Below are positions 48,307 to 62,140 of a stretch of DNA of 64,000 nt, piece after piece. How positions within the stretch are numbered: position 1 is the first letter of the stretch; every line of letters begins with the position of its first letter. Location of the stretch: the NCBI GenBank assembly GCA_030141605.1, contig JAQGDQ010000051.1, positions 372,001 through 436,000 of the forward strand. The letters run 5' to 3'. Under the pieces are notes generated by a model that had not been told where the DNA came from, did not search any database, and was given only the letters and a program-made list of their open reading frames with translations. The position numbers and the translations under genes are program-made. Source of the DNA: Tubiluchus corallicola (lineage: Eukaryota > Animalia > Priapulida).

Positions 48307-51300
48307 CTGTAAAGAAAGAACATTGTAGAGATAAATATGAAGCTATTAATCATTAAAAAAGTTGCAGTTTATTAGAAATTCTTTTAGTCAGTAAAAGATG
48401 TAGATTTAAATTATCATTGATTCTGACATCAGCCATTATTCTTTATATACGCCTATGAACTGCCGAAAGTTAATATTTTTTCCCGTAATCCGTAGAAAAC
48501 AGTATCACACGATGATTGTAAATGTTTAGAGAACCTCATATTATTTTCTGAATTAAGAGTATGTCCCAAATTACGCTATAACAATTGACGTCTAACGTAT
48601 GTCATTCATTTTCGTTGACTGCCCAATCAGCGTGCAAGTTATTTCACGCACCCTGCAGCAGGTACGTTCGGGACATTAGCTACAGCATCGCCTAACACTT
48701 TTATGAAAAATGCTCAATTTTCCATTAGTTAGCGGGAGACATGTTGGCTTGGTTCTAGATTTTATTATTGTCAATTGAAATTGCAAGTGAATTAGAGGAA
48801 ATATATAGTCGAGTTTCATTTCTAGGAAGAAATGCACAACGCTTACGTCTATGAGTTGCTGATTAAACCATTTTGCAATCAAGAAAATACGCAATTTAGT
48901 TTAGTTTATGGCTTTGCAAGTTAGATAAAAACAACTATTTGATTAACTTTAAATAAGGACAAAACAAAATGTTTTCTTTTCTGGCCAGATTTTTATAAAC
49001 CTCAATGAGATTTTCACAGTCAAAATTAATTCAAATGTGCTCAAAACTTATATTATACATCAATGTAATATTCGCCAATTTTACGCTATTTTCTGGTTAT
49101 AATCAAGGTTAAAAGATACCATTGGTGCTTATGTGACTCGGGCATTGAATATAAGGGTCGTCTATGGAATGGAACAGTCAAATTTATTCCATTTCCATAA
49201 ATCTTACAGACAAGCACATGATATAGACAAAATATCGCAGGTTTGATGTTCGTATGTTTAAAGGCAAGAGAGACTTGTTGCTCATTTGTTGTAAAGCAAG
49301 GCTAACTGGCTTAGTTTCTTTATTATATTTGTGTCTCTGTGTTTTATAGTGCTTTGAAACTTCGTCTCTACATTCTGTTTAAATTGAAAAGTCATTTTTG
49401 GCTACTTGAAGTGTTAATTTCGTGCTAAAATACCTGCTGCTATGCAAATTTCGTGCTGAAAAAGAGTAATCAGTTTATCTGCTGCTGAGACATTAGTTGT
49501 GACTGTCATGTTTAGTTTATTTAGTAGCGATAAATATATAGTAGGGGTAATTGAAAAATACATCACAGATTATAAGTAGCTAGAGCTGTATCGGGATCTA
49601 GCTTTCCATACTTAATTATGATTCTCTATAATGATGGCGACTGTGTTTTTCGAGATGTAGTCTAATTTTAAGTGAAAATTACAGTCTCTATAAATGTATA
49701 GAAAATACATTTTGCAGCAATCTCCACGTGTGCTGACTTCATTAAAGCAATTTTGCTTTCTGCTTAGGACTAGTTTCTTGCGCTGTTTGTAAGCAACACT
49801 TGAAGATGACAGATATAAAAGCAATAATGACATTTAATGGCTTGGTCCGTCATAGATCACAAAAGTTACTTGTTAATTCTTGTTTTACAAAAACTGATTC
49901 CACGATAACGGTAAACGATTTCATATGACATACGAAAAAAGGTTCCGTGACAACGGAAAATTATGCTCTAACTGGTATATCCAAGCAGTTGGGCAGAAAA
50001 ACTCAATAAGAGAGTGAGTTCAATATAACTCAGTAACTCCATAATATTTAAACGAATGAACTCGATTAAACACAATCAATATATTATTGAACTAAAACTT
50101 GTTAAATTCATTGTTTATTCCAAAATTAAAAATAAAACTGTTCAAAAGAGCCAAGGAAAGCGAGAAAGTAGGAACACCCTGGATTTGAACCGGGAACGCA
50201 TTTCTTACAAGGTGAGTGTGATGAATGCTAGCTTACCGTGACTAAATGATTATGCTGTGATCTTTATAGCGCAGCAGTGAAGTCAGCATTTACAAAATTA
50301 GTTTACTAATGCTAACTAATTATTAGCTAATGATTAATTAATTTTAGACTTAACTGCAACAAATTAATCTAATCATTTAGTAATTACTCTATTACGAGTA
50401 AATTACACTAGGAAATGCTGAATTGATTTCCTAGCTGTTAAGGATTGGGGATTTGTAGTAAAGCCTGCTCAACTTGTGTAAGGTAATCTATGTTAGTAGT
50501 CATTATGTTGCCTTGTAACCAATAAGTCCTTGATTAAAATCCAGGCTGTTTCCCAACTCACATTTCTCATTTCTTATTTTTCGAGCAGTATGGTTTATTG
50601 AAACAAACCTCAAAACCAACTTGTGGTTGCAATTGTAGTACTTTCCCTTGTAAGCTTTTGGCGGTATACTGACCTAGATGAAAAACAAACCAAATTTAAC
50701 CATTTAAATCATTTGATGTATAGAACTTGAATGCTTTTAGGTTTGAAATAAAACCTGGATTCAGATTTTTAATATAAGGCAAACAAATTAAGCAAACGGA
50801 ACAGTGTCATGAAGTCTGTACTTTAGCTGCTAACCAAGTTGACAATGTTTTACACAAGCCAGAAACCGAAGCTCCTGGTAGCAGTAGTAAGAAGATTATT
50901 TGACCTTAAAATGCCACATTATGACCCCAATTGGCCTTAAGCACTGAAAAAATCATGGTATACCCATATGTGCGTAATTCAATATAAAAACATTACTAAA
51001 CTGTAAAATGAAGTTTTTCTTTTCGGAAAGAACAAAAACTTGCAATAAGATTTATTTACAGTAAATTTAATGTTATTTACAGTATTTACAGAAACCGCTA
51101 TACATATTCCGATATAATTATTTTAATTTCGAGTAATTATTCGATTTGAAGAAAAAACTGTGTGGATTGATTTGAAGAAAACCCCCTTTCCCCTAAGGCT
51201 CCAAGTGCCTGCTTATTTTGCTTGATGTTAATCCAGGGATCATGACACCAATGTTTTTTCTGAGGATCATAATTCTGATTTCATTTAATTCACTTTGCTT

Positions 51301-51779
51301 GGTTGCCTAGAAATACACCTAATTTCTTTGAAATGTGTTACTATTTAACTAGGCCCTGAAATGACATCAACCTTTTGTCTAGAGGTCGTTTTGCTTTTCT
51401 TGAATTGACAACGCTCAGTTGCCTTGAAATGGCATTTTTTATTTTATTTTATTGCGAAAATACCAAACAACAATACAATATACCAAACACATTGTGATAA
51501 CAAGGTATACGTACTTTTATATAATTTCATTATTTTCATAATACAAAATCGACATGACATGATACTTACATAAATTGTTGCTTGCATTATCGTCAGAAGC
51601 ATAACTCGTCTGACTATAATGCAATTACTGGTACAGGTGTTATGGTGCAAAAAGGAAAGGTAAAAAATGATGAAATGATGGAGGAGAGTGCAGGAGATGG
51701 GAATTAGTAGGATTAGGTTAATGAAATGATGTGGTTGAGAATGAAGAATGATAACGAAGTTGCTATTAGGGCATCGCAA

Positions 51780-51812
<33 letters not shown>

Positions 51813-53397
51813 CGTGAGTGCGTGCGTGTGTGTGTGTGTGTCAGATATTGCTCAATGCATAAAGCTCAACTTTTAACATGAATTTAAGAATGAAGTTCTC
51901 AAACCTTTTTTGAATCTTGGTACCGACGAAATTGACTTAATATGTACAGGCATTTTGTTCCACTTGGTTAGACCAATAAATGAAATGAAATGTCTCGCAA
52001 CATTTCACTTAAATAAAAAGTGTTACTCTACTCACCTTGAAATGACCCTAACGTTACCTGTCAAGGTCATATTTATCGCTTTTACACAATTTGCCATATT
52101 TCATTACCTAGGAATTCACATCAACGAAATCTATTATTCCATAATCTTGAAATAAAAATAGAAATTTAATCCTATCACCACTGCTTTCATTGAATTCACT
52201 AAGAAATGCACTTCGTTTCAACAAAATCGCTACTTATCATTTGTGGTTTTTGAGCCAGTCACCTACGAGTCAGGTGCCTGAAGCTCTTAATGTTGCCTTC
52301 ATTAAAATCCTCATTCTTGATTACTTACGAATTGCATTTCATTTCAATGGCGTCGGAACTTGTTACGTTTGATCCGTAACACGTGGACCAGGGGTTAACT
52401 AATCTTGGTTCAGGCTATATTATCCACTGTGTTCTACGTGACCCATTTCTTTTAAGGCCTACATGACAGTTGTATGATAGTTTTATGAAAAGTGTATGTA
52501 TAGTGTATGAAAAGGGCATCCGCCTATGGAATAGTTTACAAATTGAAGACTGACAGGCTCTCCTTTCTCTATTTGCCTTTAAAAGTAGATTGTTGAACCT
52601 ACGGGGAGTTCGTACTAATTTAGTATGTCCCAATTATAATGATGATCGAAGTAATGAGGTTTCAACAAATAGATTCATTGCCAATATTTCGCAATTAAAA
52701 GGTGATTTGTTTTACAAGCACATTATCGATCACCTTCATGTAGCTGCAACAATTCGACTGAAAGCCCCCGCCATTATTTTTTCGAGTGCGCAAACTATGA
52801 CATACACAGAACACTATTATTGGATCACCTCTGTTATTATCGGCACATAACTCAAGAATTACACGCCAACCCTAGACCCGCTATTATATACAACAACATT
52901 TTTCATAAACTCAGATCAGGTCATCCATCCAGTGGCATTCTCTTCAAATTGTTGCAGAACTACATAAAGTCCACTAAACGTTTTGTTAACCGGTTGTACG
53001 TATAATTGTATTCTAAGTTATTATGCAGACTGTCTTTCAATCAAGTACTCATTAAGAAACAAATTATGCTAAAATGAACTATATGTACTGCTGTAACAAC
53101 TGTAATACTACACTAATTGTATTAATTCCATATGTACTGGATTTCAGAATTAAGTAGCAACATGCTTTGCATGGGCTTATAGGCTTATATACATCGAGAA
53201 TCGTTTCTGTTGTCGTTTCTATTGTATGGGTTTTGTAAATTATAATTAAGTATTAACTAATGAACTAGTCGTATTTTTGAATTAACTATTTGAATTACCT
53301 GCTCGAACTTACTAATTGTATATTTCTTCACTGCACATGGTGGAAATACTGTGATCAGTAATAGTTACTGTGTTGTAAATCCACTCAAAATAAATAA

Positions 53398-53453
<56 letters not shown>

Positions 53454-53979
53454 TATATACATATGTATATTTGTCTACTTGTCTTATCGAGATCTTTTAA
53501 TTTGTTTCACGAATATATATATATATACCTATATAGGCCAAAATAGGCGTCTACGACAAGCTACAACACATTTCAATTCCACACATTGCAAGTGCTGAAC
53601 GCTGGAATAATGCCTGTATCGAACCCACATAAATTAGATTAATTCTTATAATATTTAGAAACTAGTATATTAATTATTAATTATAAACTTTAATCAATTA
53701 TGCTACTTTAAGCTACAGTTTAAGATAGGGTCCGGTTTTCTTTTAACTATCAAGATGCATACTTGCTGGAGGTCAGACATACTTACTGGCAGAGTAATAA
53801 TGCTTGTCTTCCTCATCATTATCATCGTCATTTTTTCCTTTGTTCTTTATTAGCAAAGTGATATAAAGACAGAGGACCACAACCAGAAATAACGTTTCAA
53901 AAGTGAGTTTTCTGACAGATGTGTTGTGATACCAAGTACGCTTCCAGTTTTTGCAAGGCGGTTTAATTCCTAAAATCAT
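47452..53979 (-). CDS. Carbohydrate sulfotransferase, CHST11-like (Sulfotransfer_2 / HNK-1ST family), ~370 aa
   Basis: Proposed exons 53979-53787 (N-terminal TM FLVVVLCLYITLLI), 50673-50609 and 48306-47452; phases 1 and 0 are compatible. The two upstream exons are inferred from splice sites and phase only. Confidence 0.75.
48838..48946 (+). repeat. Dispersed repeat family B, copy 1 (copy 2 at ~58765-58872)
   Basis: ACG(C/T)TTACGTCTA(T/C)GAGTTG...GCAATTTAG...CAACTATTTGATTAA is shared by both loci. Confidence 0.65.
50170..50242 (-). mobile_element. Degenerate tRNA-derived (SINE-like) head
   Basis: The reverse complement contains a T-arm/B-box CCCGGTTCAAATCCAGGG. A similar stub lies near 57738-57770. 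No intact cloverleaf. Confidence 0.4.
51781..51841. repeat. (TA)n(TG)n microsatellite
   Basis: Visible in the sequence. Confidence 0.9.
52400..52575 (+). mobile_element. 3' remnant of an L2/Crack-like LINE
   Basis: KGIRLWNSL...LFAFKSRL resembles the LINE ORF2 C-terminal G..LWN.L......FK..L motif. Confidence 0.4.
53402..53470. repeat. (TA)n microsatellite
   Basis: Visible in the sequence. Confidence 0.92.
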
Positions 53980-54782
53980 TCTACCAATATCTTGACAAGC
54001 GACTGAAAAATATTAAATCAATTGAAATTTTGTTTTCTATAAATCAAAGTCAGAGTAATAAAGTGTAAAAGAATATTGAAATACGTAGCGGCTTAAAATC
54101 CTCGTAGCTGGTTATTTTAAACATTATCAAATAGTATTTGCAACACACATGAGAGCTTTAGCCGACTGCAGCTTTAATAGTAACTACTGTTACATTTCAA
54201 TGTTTATAATACGGCGCATATCCTTCTGGAGAAACTTAACTGAAATTAATTGCGCGAAATCATAATGCACAAGCCAACGTGGCGTTCTGTCAAACTGTAG
54301 GAAACAAGATTGGTACTAAAATAAATTAAACCACGATAAACCTCATATTAATTCTACAATGAATCTATGCCAACGAGCCTCACCTTGTCAGAAATTTCCA
54401 GCGACATTTCTCATCCTCATCCTAAATTAATCAAAACACAAAATACTATGCTAAGTACAATAATTTAGTAACAATACATCAACACAAATGCTTTCCATCC
54501 GGAAATTTCTTCAGTATCTAAAACCAGTTTCCACAACAGGGAACATAGAGGCGAGTAAAGGGTCGTTGACACAATCTGGTTACCTCTGAAGCGTTGAGTT
54601 TTGCGCTACCTGAGGCTCATGCCTTTTGAAATACTATCTAAAGATAAATGAACGAGTCATCTAAAGCACAACAAAACCCTTTAGTTACATAAAGGAAAAA
54701 ACAATTCGCCTTAAGAATTTTACATCACTTAGATATTGTCTACCTAGCGCGATGTCCGTTAAGCTGAGTCATTGTGACGATA

Positions 54783-55055
54783 AGTCATTTGAAACAAGTT
54801 TAGATAACATTGCATAATGTTTGAAAAAATAGTAAGAGCGCATTCATATAAGACTAAACATATGTTTTTTTGGTGAGTCCGACGTGCACACTGGGATGGT
54901 CATGTAATGTCGTTTAACCGATGGGTGCGAACACTTAAATTATTAAGAATTCTCTTTTCCAGTTACATAAGTCTTTCAAGCAAGCAAATGTAATGCTATG
55001 TATAAGTACGTGTAGAAAGTTTTTTGGGAATAACTTTAAAATTATCTTTTCTGCC
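54783..55055 (+). repeat. Dispersed repeat family A, copy 2
   Basis: AGTCATTTGAAACAAGTTTAGATAACA..GTGCACACTGGGATGG..TTAAATTATTAAGAATT..AGTTACATAAGTCTTTCAAG. Confidence 0.75.
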
Positions 55056-55920
55056 CCTTTAAAATAAAAGGGGTCTCAGCTAGATGTTTTCAAGCTAAAA
55101 CACTTTTGTAAGGATCAGAACGAAGTTATAATGAACTGGAACGTCTCTTTCCGCCTCTTCCTGGCATGTGTTACAGGCCCGTTTTTAATGCGAGACATGC
55201 AATATTGGAATTGAAAAAAAAGATTATTAAAATATCTAAAACATTTTAACAGCATGTCATTAAACAACATTGTAAATACACAATGTTTTTGGATAACCAC
55301 ATGCACGTCACGTGTCAAAAAATAGAAGTTCTGATTTTACTAAAACGAAATGCATTTCCTAGGTAATCAAGCATGAAAAATTCAATGGAGACAATATTGT
55401 GGTCTTCAGAGCCTTGACCTGTGGATCACGGATGAAAAAGGCACAAGTTCCATTTGAAATGAGACAGTTGATGCTAAGTACATCAGTAGGTGTCGCGGCG
55501 ATCGCGACGTGTTAGCAGTTTATAATCATAATACATGTTGAGTTGCAACTTTAACAAATAGCTGAGCTGGTTGAAGACAATATTCTCAAGTGCTAAGTAT
55601 TTTTACAATTGAGCATTTTTACAATAAATATTTAGCTGAATTATCATTAATCATTATTTGGCAATACTTGTTCTCTGCTATAGATTTCAATAGCACTGAA
55701 TCAATGTGTAAACTTTGAAAACGTAAATAAGTGCTGCCATCAGTGCTTGTTTATCGTTGCAAGCAAAAATTTTTGTTTTCTCAAAGCCTATGCATGGGCA
55801 AACCAGTCTACCTCCAGCAATCTTCTAATAAAGGTCATTCATTATTCAGGTTGTTCCAGATTGTTAAGCGATCATTTATTTTTTATAATTCATCGCATCC
55901 ATACATTGTCTAGTTTTATA

Positions 55921-56060
55921 CGACCGTTTAGTTTAGTCTAGTGGCAACGCCTCAACTTTCCGTTTGGGAGGTCGTGAGTTCGATACAGCAGCCGGGTAAT
56001 ACCAGCAACTTATGAATGGTACCTGCTGTTGTCCTGCCTGGCCTTAGGGTAAAAGTGGGA
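55921..56060 (+). mobile_element. tRNA-derived SINE fragment
   Basis: A-box-like AGTCTAGTGG and B-box GAGTTCGATAC, followed by GGGTAATACCA..ACTT..AATGGTACCTGCTG..CCTGCCTGGC. From memory this resembles a conserved invertebrate/fish SINE central domain; not verified. Confidence 0.55.
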
Positions 56061-58204
56061 TAATAATAGACTCAGTTATGTAGTTGCGGAATTGTTATTT
56101 GCAGTCGGTCCAAAAGCTCTTTGGAGTTCACGTTAATTGTTCATCCAAAAAACCGACTTTAAACAAAGATAATTGATTATTATGTCCATACAATTTTACG
56201 TGCTTTACAAAATAAGTACAAGTAGCATTTTAGTACAAAATGCTGGGGTTTGCTGCAGCGAAGTGTAGTTTTCACCAACAATCAGCAATCAAATTCTTCT
56301 CAAACTCACAGAAGCAGAATCTTACCTCAGTTTTGACACGGTTCAAAAACGTTGACTAGTTTTTCATTTATTATATGTGAATATTGTTTCTTAAACAACT
56401 CGCAAACACAGAGAGCATTGTGAATGTTGTACTGATGCCAGTGTTTCAGGCACACCTTCGTTTTCCAGGTTTATGAAGCCTGTGCATACTAGCACCTAGT
56501 ATATAAAGGTTTCTTTACCACCGCTTTTTACCACCTCAGAATTTTATTTGTACGATGCAAGAAAGGGTCTCTGACAAGTCTTTCTTTTAATTTTTCTCTA
56601 CATTTCGCTCGTTTTGGAGATGTCTGATGATATGCACACAATGTTATTTTTTATTTTTGTTTATTTATAGTAATCTTTTGTGAGGGTAGCTCCTTCGCAC
56701 TGCTTTCCAACGAGGCCCTCGGTTATTTACAAATATGTAAACTGAATTTATATTTAAATTGAATATAATTATATAAATAATGTTGTAACTGTGACCGAAG
56801 CCGATTTCATTGAATTTAATCGACGACCTCTATTCTACATCTAAAGCTGAGATAGTGGGGGACTCTTCGACAAAGGCTGTGGACGAAATCATTAAATTTA
56901 ATGAAATTTTAGCTCTGCGCCGATCTGCATCTGTCGGAAAACCACGTGATTGAGCGAAGGCGCAATCATAGATTAGATAAAACGCGGACGCTTAGAAAGT
57001 TACGTATGGAACTATACATGCCAACTTGCCAACATGTATTTCCAATGGTGTTTCTGGTATATTCGTATCTATACTTAAAGCCGCTAAAAAAAAATTAAAA
57101 TAACCTTTTCGTTTTTTTCTGATTGCAGTAATAGAGGCCTTCCAGTAGCCGTCAAAAATATAAATTAATCTATGCAATTAGGTCTGTATTTAACAATATT
57201 ATTGCAGCCATTGCTAGCGAAATTATTTTACACTTTTATTCAAATTTGTTATATCACTTTCATATTAAACTAGTGATACGCTAGTAGATAATTAATTAGT
57301 TACTAACCAGCATCCTTAATTTATATTACTGAACGTAACTATCCCGTTAAAATAAATAAATCTAAATCTAATCTAAAAACATTTTGTAATGCTCTGTTTA
57401 TCAAATTTACTAGGCACTGTGGTTTAATTTAACCTGCTACCGAACGGATGGACTGAGAAAGGGCTGTACAATCCTTCATAAAAAATAGTACGCAATCGAA
57501 AAGGAAAGTTTCTTAAAGGAATTAAAACGGTTTTCCTAGTGCCCCCAATGAAAACCATTAAAAACACTTTTAAGTGGATTTCTTCAAGGAGAACCTTTTA
57601 CAGAAAACTCCACATGACATGTTTTCACAAAGAAACCTGTTCAGAAGATTTTTCTAGTGACTGAATCAACCCGGCCATAATTGTTGAACTTTGAAACCAA
57701 ATTTGCTTTAAAATAGGAAATTGGTATGAAAAAGTTGGAACGAACCCTAGATTTGAACAAGGGACATCTTGAAAGCGAAATGTCTATAGTTCAAATCAAG
57801 ACTGTTTTTCGAATTTTTCACATTTCCAGTGTTGGAGTAAATTTAGTTTCAAATTCAACAATTACATTGTGGAAATATTCCATCATTAATAATAATAATA
57901 ATCTTGAAATTATAAATAATTAGTTTCTTCTGCAGCTGGTATTTTAACACGATAGATACCATTAAATACCCAAAAAACTTGCTTTGAAATCATTATTACA
58001 CAAGCTAAACAAAGTAGTAAATTATAATTGTTATTATATTTGAAATGAGTAAAACGCTGTCACTTGTAGTAGTAGTAACCACATATAGGCCAGTTTAAGC
58101 AAATGATTTAAAAAATTAATAAAGTGAGAAATACAGTAGTTTGCAATTACATGCCAATAATTAGTCTGCCATATAAAATGCACTGAAGCGTTGTAACTTT
58201 GCAT

Positions 58205-58528
58205 CAACAGTGGCAGCTGCCTGTGGTTGGGTAACTTACGACAACAGTGGCGGCTGTCTGTGGTTGGGTAACTTATGACAACAGTGGCGGCTCTCTGTGG
58301 CTGGGTAACTTACGACAACAGTGGCGGCTGGCTGTGGTTGGGCAATTTACGACAACAGTTGCAGCTGTCTGTGGCTGGGTAACTTACGACAACAGTGGCG
58401 GCTGGCTGTGGTTGGGCAATTTACGACAACAGTTGCAGCTGTCTGTGGCTGGGTAACTTACGGCAACAGTGGCGGATGTCTGTGGTTGGGCAGCTTACAA
58501 CTGTGGCGGCTGCCTGTGGTTGGGTAAT
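58205..58528. repeat. Minisatellite, 37-bp unit CAACAGTGGCGGCTGTCTGTGGTTGGGTAACTTACGA, ~9 copies
   Basis: Visible head-to-tail array with no spacers. Confidence 0.95.
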
Positions 58529-58940
58529 CTGAGGTGGGACTACTGGTAGTTGTTCATACGGTGGAGCAGGTTATGCTGCAAAAGACAAACGTTGAAGATC
58601 AAAACACTACGTGAATAAATGCGCATTGTTGCTGTGAAAAATGCTCTTTTTTCAGAAATTTGTGGGAGAGACCTCGGCCTTGTTTTAATTTGTTGATTAG
58701 AATTCAAACAAATGCGTGGAAATATATATAGTCAAATTTGTTATTTTTATAGAAAAAAATGCATAACGTTTACGTCTACGAGTTGTTAATTAAAATGTTT
58801 TGCTGTTATTGAAATATGCAATTTAGATTAATTCATGACTTTGTAAGAAAAACGGCACAACTATTTGATTAAAAGAATGGCCACCCAAAATATAATTTAT
58901 TGCAACTTACATGATTTGGCGCATTTACATTATTATTTTT

Positions 58941-59154
58941 TATCACAGCTATAACATTAAATAGCACTCAGGAAAACCAATCATATATAATTATTCACTT
59001 TATCACAATAGTTAATGCAATAAGCACAGAGTACTAATGCTAGATATGTGATGCGCAAATGCAAAAGACCTAGGAACCGGAATAAACTAGTTTGCAATAC
59101 TGTAAATGAAAAGCCTAGCAGCAGAGTTGAACTCAATCACGGGAATCCGTGACA
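58941..59154 (-). repeat. Putative 3' LTR of the BEL/Pao element
   Basis: On the minus strand it begins TGTCACGG after CCAGAG and ends ...CTGTGATA, an imperfect terminal inverted repeat. No second LTR is present in the window to confirm it. Confidence 0.45.
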
Positions 59155-62030
59155 CTCTGGAAACGGAAATGGTAGACAACAAAATATGTAGCACAAAGAA
59201 ACCTGCAAAAACCACTAAATCTAAAATACTGTATATAACACAGGCCACAATAGGAAAATCAGGTTTCATGCGTAAGATGTGTGTCAAAATATATGAGTCT
59301 ATAAGTGCATGAAATGTATGAAAGGGTTATATATGTGTGAGAAAATCAAAATAAGTACCTTAAAGGCACATCCAAATAAATATCAAAAATTATATATGAG
59401 GTGACAAATTATCTGTGATTATACGTGGTTAGAATGCAAAAACACTATCTATTTGGTTTTGTGTTTTATATTGTTTTGGGGGGTGATTTTTTATACAACC
59501 TAATTATTTTACAATATTTACAAATGAAGACAGGACAATTTATAATAGCTAATATTGTCTTTGACTCCTCATAGCAAACGTAGTGTGGCAAGAACTCCAT
59601 CCATCAGCTGTATAGCAGTGTAACCATTGCCATATCCATAACCTGTGACTGGCATAACCATAACCATCATAACCGCAACTAGTAACCATAATTGGAACGG
59701 GCCCTGAACCAATCAGGAAACCAACTGCATCATCATAACCATGACATTCTGAATCAACAAATGAGGGTTCAAAGTCTGTCACTACTACTGTTCACTAATC
59801 ACTGGACAATATGTCGGTGCTGACATCTGTTAGCAATTTCCTTGCTTTTTGGCGGCTTCTCTCTTTGGACGTTCGCTGACAGGTAGAGGTGAAGAATCCG
59901 CATCTGAAATGGAAGCAGCAGCATCATTCTTGTTAGGACAAGACACGTGTTCAGTCGAAACGTCTGTCAAAGTCGTATGAGATGAATTATGAAAATGACA
60001 TTCAAGAGGGACAGACATTTAATATTTCTGTTCAAAGTGGAACCATTAACAAGAACTTCAACATTACGAATTAAGCCATCTGCATGAGGCTTCAATTTAA
60101 GCACTTTGCCAATGCGCCACTGTCCTCGTTGAAGGTTTTGACCTTCTACCAGTACTACATCGCCTATACAAGGAGTAAACGGAACGGTTACCTTAGGTTG
60201 AGAAATATGTTTGCGATGCTGTTCTCTAAGACTGAGAAGATGCTCATCTTTCCAGATTCGCCAGAAATTGCTAAGGATCTTTTGACCTTTCTTCAATAAG
60301 GCAAGCAACTTCTGTGCTGAGGTTTCTTTACCAACTGTAAAGTCTGGCTCACTGTCGTCCAGCTCAGGCATAGTGTGCAAGATCTGTTGATTAAGAAAAT
60401 TTGAAGGAGTTAGAGCATGAGTAGAATTTATGTCAGCATCAGTATAAGTAAGAGGCCTATTATTGATAACATTTTCTATTTCAATAAGCAAAGTATTGAG
60501 ATGTACATGTGGAAGAGGATGATTACTGATTACCTTTTTAGAGAACGCTTTACCAAGACAGCTAACCGTTCAAAAAAACCCGCCAGTCCATGGTGATAAC
60601 TGTGTAATGAATTTCCACTTACACCCTTGCAAGCTGAAAGATCTAGAACTGCATTTTCAAAAATGTAAGTAACTGTTTGCTTGGCAAATGTGAAGGACGA
60701 GAAATTATCAGAAATTATAATATCTGGCAACCCACGTCTACCAAAAAAAACAGCGCAAACACATAAGAAAATGTTCAGGTGTTAGATTATTTACTAATTC
60801 TAGATGTACTGCTCTGGTTGTAAGACAGGTGAACAAACAAATCCAAGTTTTTCATAAATTGGCTTAGAACTACCACCATAAAATTCTTTTGTAATCACTC
60901 TGGTCCCATATAATCTAGTCCAGTATATTAAAAACACCGACTTTCAAACAAACGTATTGAAGGCAGGTCAGCCATTTTAGGCAAACGGAAAGGACCCCCT
61001 TTAACTTTACGACATGTGGTACATTTAAAAAGTACACTACGGACAGCAATGCTACTTGATGGGATCCAGTACTTTTTGCGTATCAGAGCCAACGTTTGAG
61101 CAGCTCCAACATGCAAATGAGTTACATGGTAGTGTCTTACCAGAAGGAGAGTAAAAGGGTGGTCTTTTGGTAACAATGCGGGTTTCTGTGAACCATAGGT
61201 GTCCAGATTACCAAGTAGACCAGCGCATCTGATTATGTCATCACTATCAACCATTGGACCAAGGTTTTGGAAGTTCCTTAGTTGTTCAGGTGAAAATGCT
61301 GACTGGGCATGCCTTACCCACATCAAAGTGGCATGCTCCATATCACGAGAGGTGATGCGATGAGACGTATCTGGATCACGACGAAATTTCCTGATGGCTT
61401 TCAGAACAAGGCATGAGACTCGAACCAGCCTGACAAATGAAGAATGGTTAGACAATGGAATCACGGTAAGATCTACTTTATTTGCATCGTCGGTCATGGG
61501 TGACGATTCAAATTTAGCAAATATACAAGAACCATTAAGTTTAATTTCTGACTCTCTTTGCTTTAACTCGTCTGTGTTAACAGGTGGAAGATCACTAGAA
61601 GGCTACAATGATTTTTCGTGAAGTAGAAATTCAGGACCATGAACCAGGTCTCATTAAGAACACCAGAATTTATTTAGTGGCATAGTCTGCAATATTGTAT
61701 TTAGACGGTACATAGCGAAAAATCGCGTCATTGTAACTGCGTAATTCACTTACTCTGTTAGTAACAAATGTACTCAGTGGTTTACTTAAGCGAAGCCAGT
61801 GCGAAACGCACTGTGAATCAGTAAGATTAGTGCATATAACATCACTTATCTTAAACTGTTCTCGAACAAAGTTGGCAGCTCTGGCGCAAATTAATACTCC
61901 CAACAACTCCATTCTGGGTATTGTTGTGTTTTCTTCGGAGCCAGTCTTGTCTTGGTGAACACCAAATCTGTGCGAATAGTGCCGTCATGATGTACCTGAC
62001 GAAGATAAATTACAGCGCTTTAAGCGTCAC
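58941..62030 (-). mobile_element. 5'-truncated, decayed BEL/Pao LTR retrotransposon (RNase H/Pao region, integrase, DUF5641-like region, putative 3' LTR)
   Basis: TIPRMELLGVL..TDSQCV.HW..FVTNRV..YVPSKYNIADYATK; HVTHLHVG..LIRKKYWI..CTTC; GLDYMGP; CLFTCLTTRAVHLELV; RRGLPDIIISDN; FFERL; EIENVINNRPLT; FWRIWKDEHLLSLRE. Many frameshifts. Confidence 0.93.
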
Positions 62031-62140
62031 AGCGGAGGCGGAGCGATAGACCAATATGTTTGACGTCAATTATATAGTACGCTGTATCAATCAACGCTGT
62101 ATAAAACATGTAAATTTAAACTCCCGTGATGACCGCTAGA

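Noticed and set aside
49100-49840. Additional minus-strand sulfotransferase exons or ORF 49612-49833
   Set aside because: The candidate acceptors I tried lead to stops or incompatible phases, and the three-exon model already closes in frame.
50170-50242. Functional tRNA gene
   Set aside because: Only the T-arm/B-box is intact; the D-arm and acceptor stem do not pair, so it is treated as a SINE-like relic.
58205-58528. 37-bp repeat of CRISPR-like length, and ORFs 58247-58456 and 58321-58527
   Set aside because: No spacers; the ORFs are translations of the tandem repeat.
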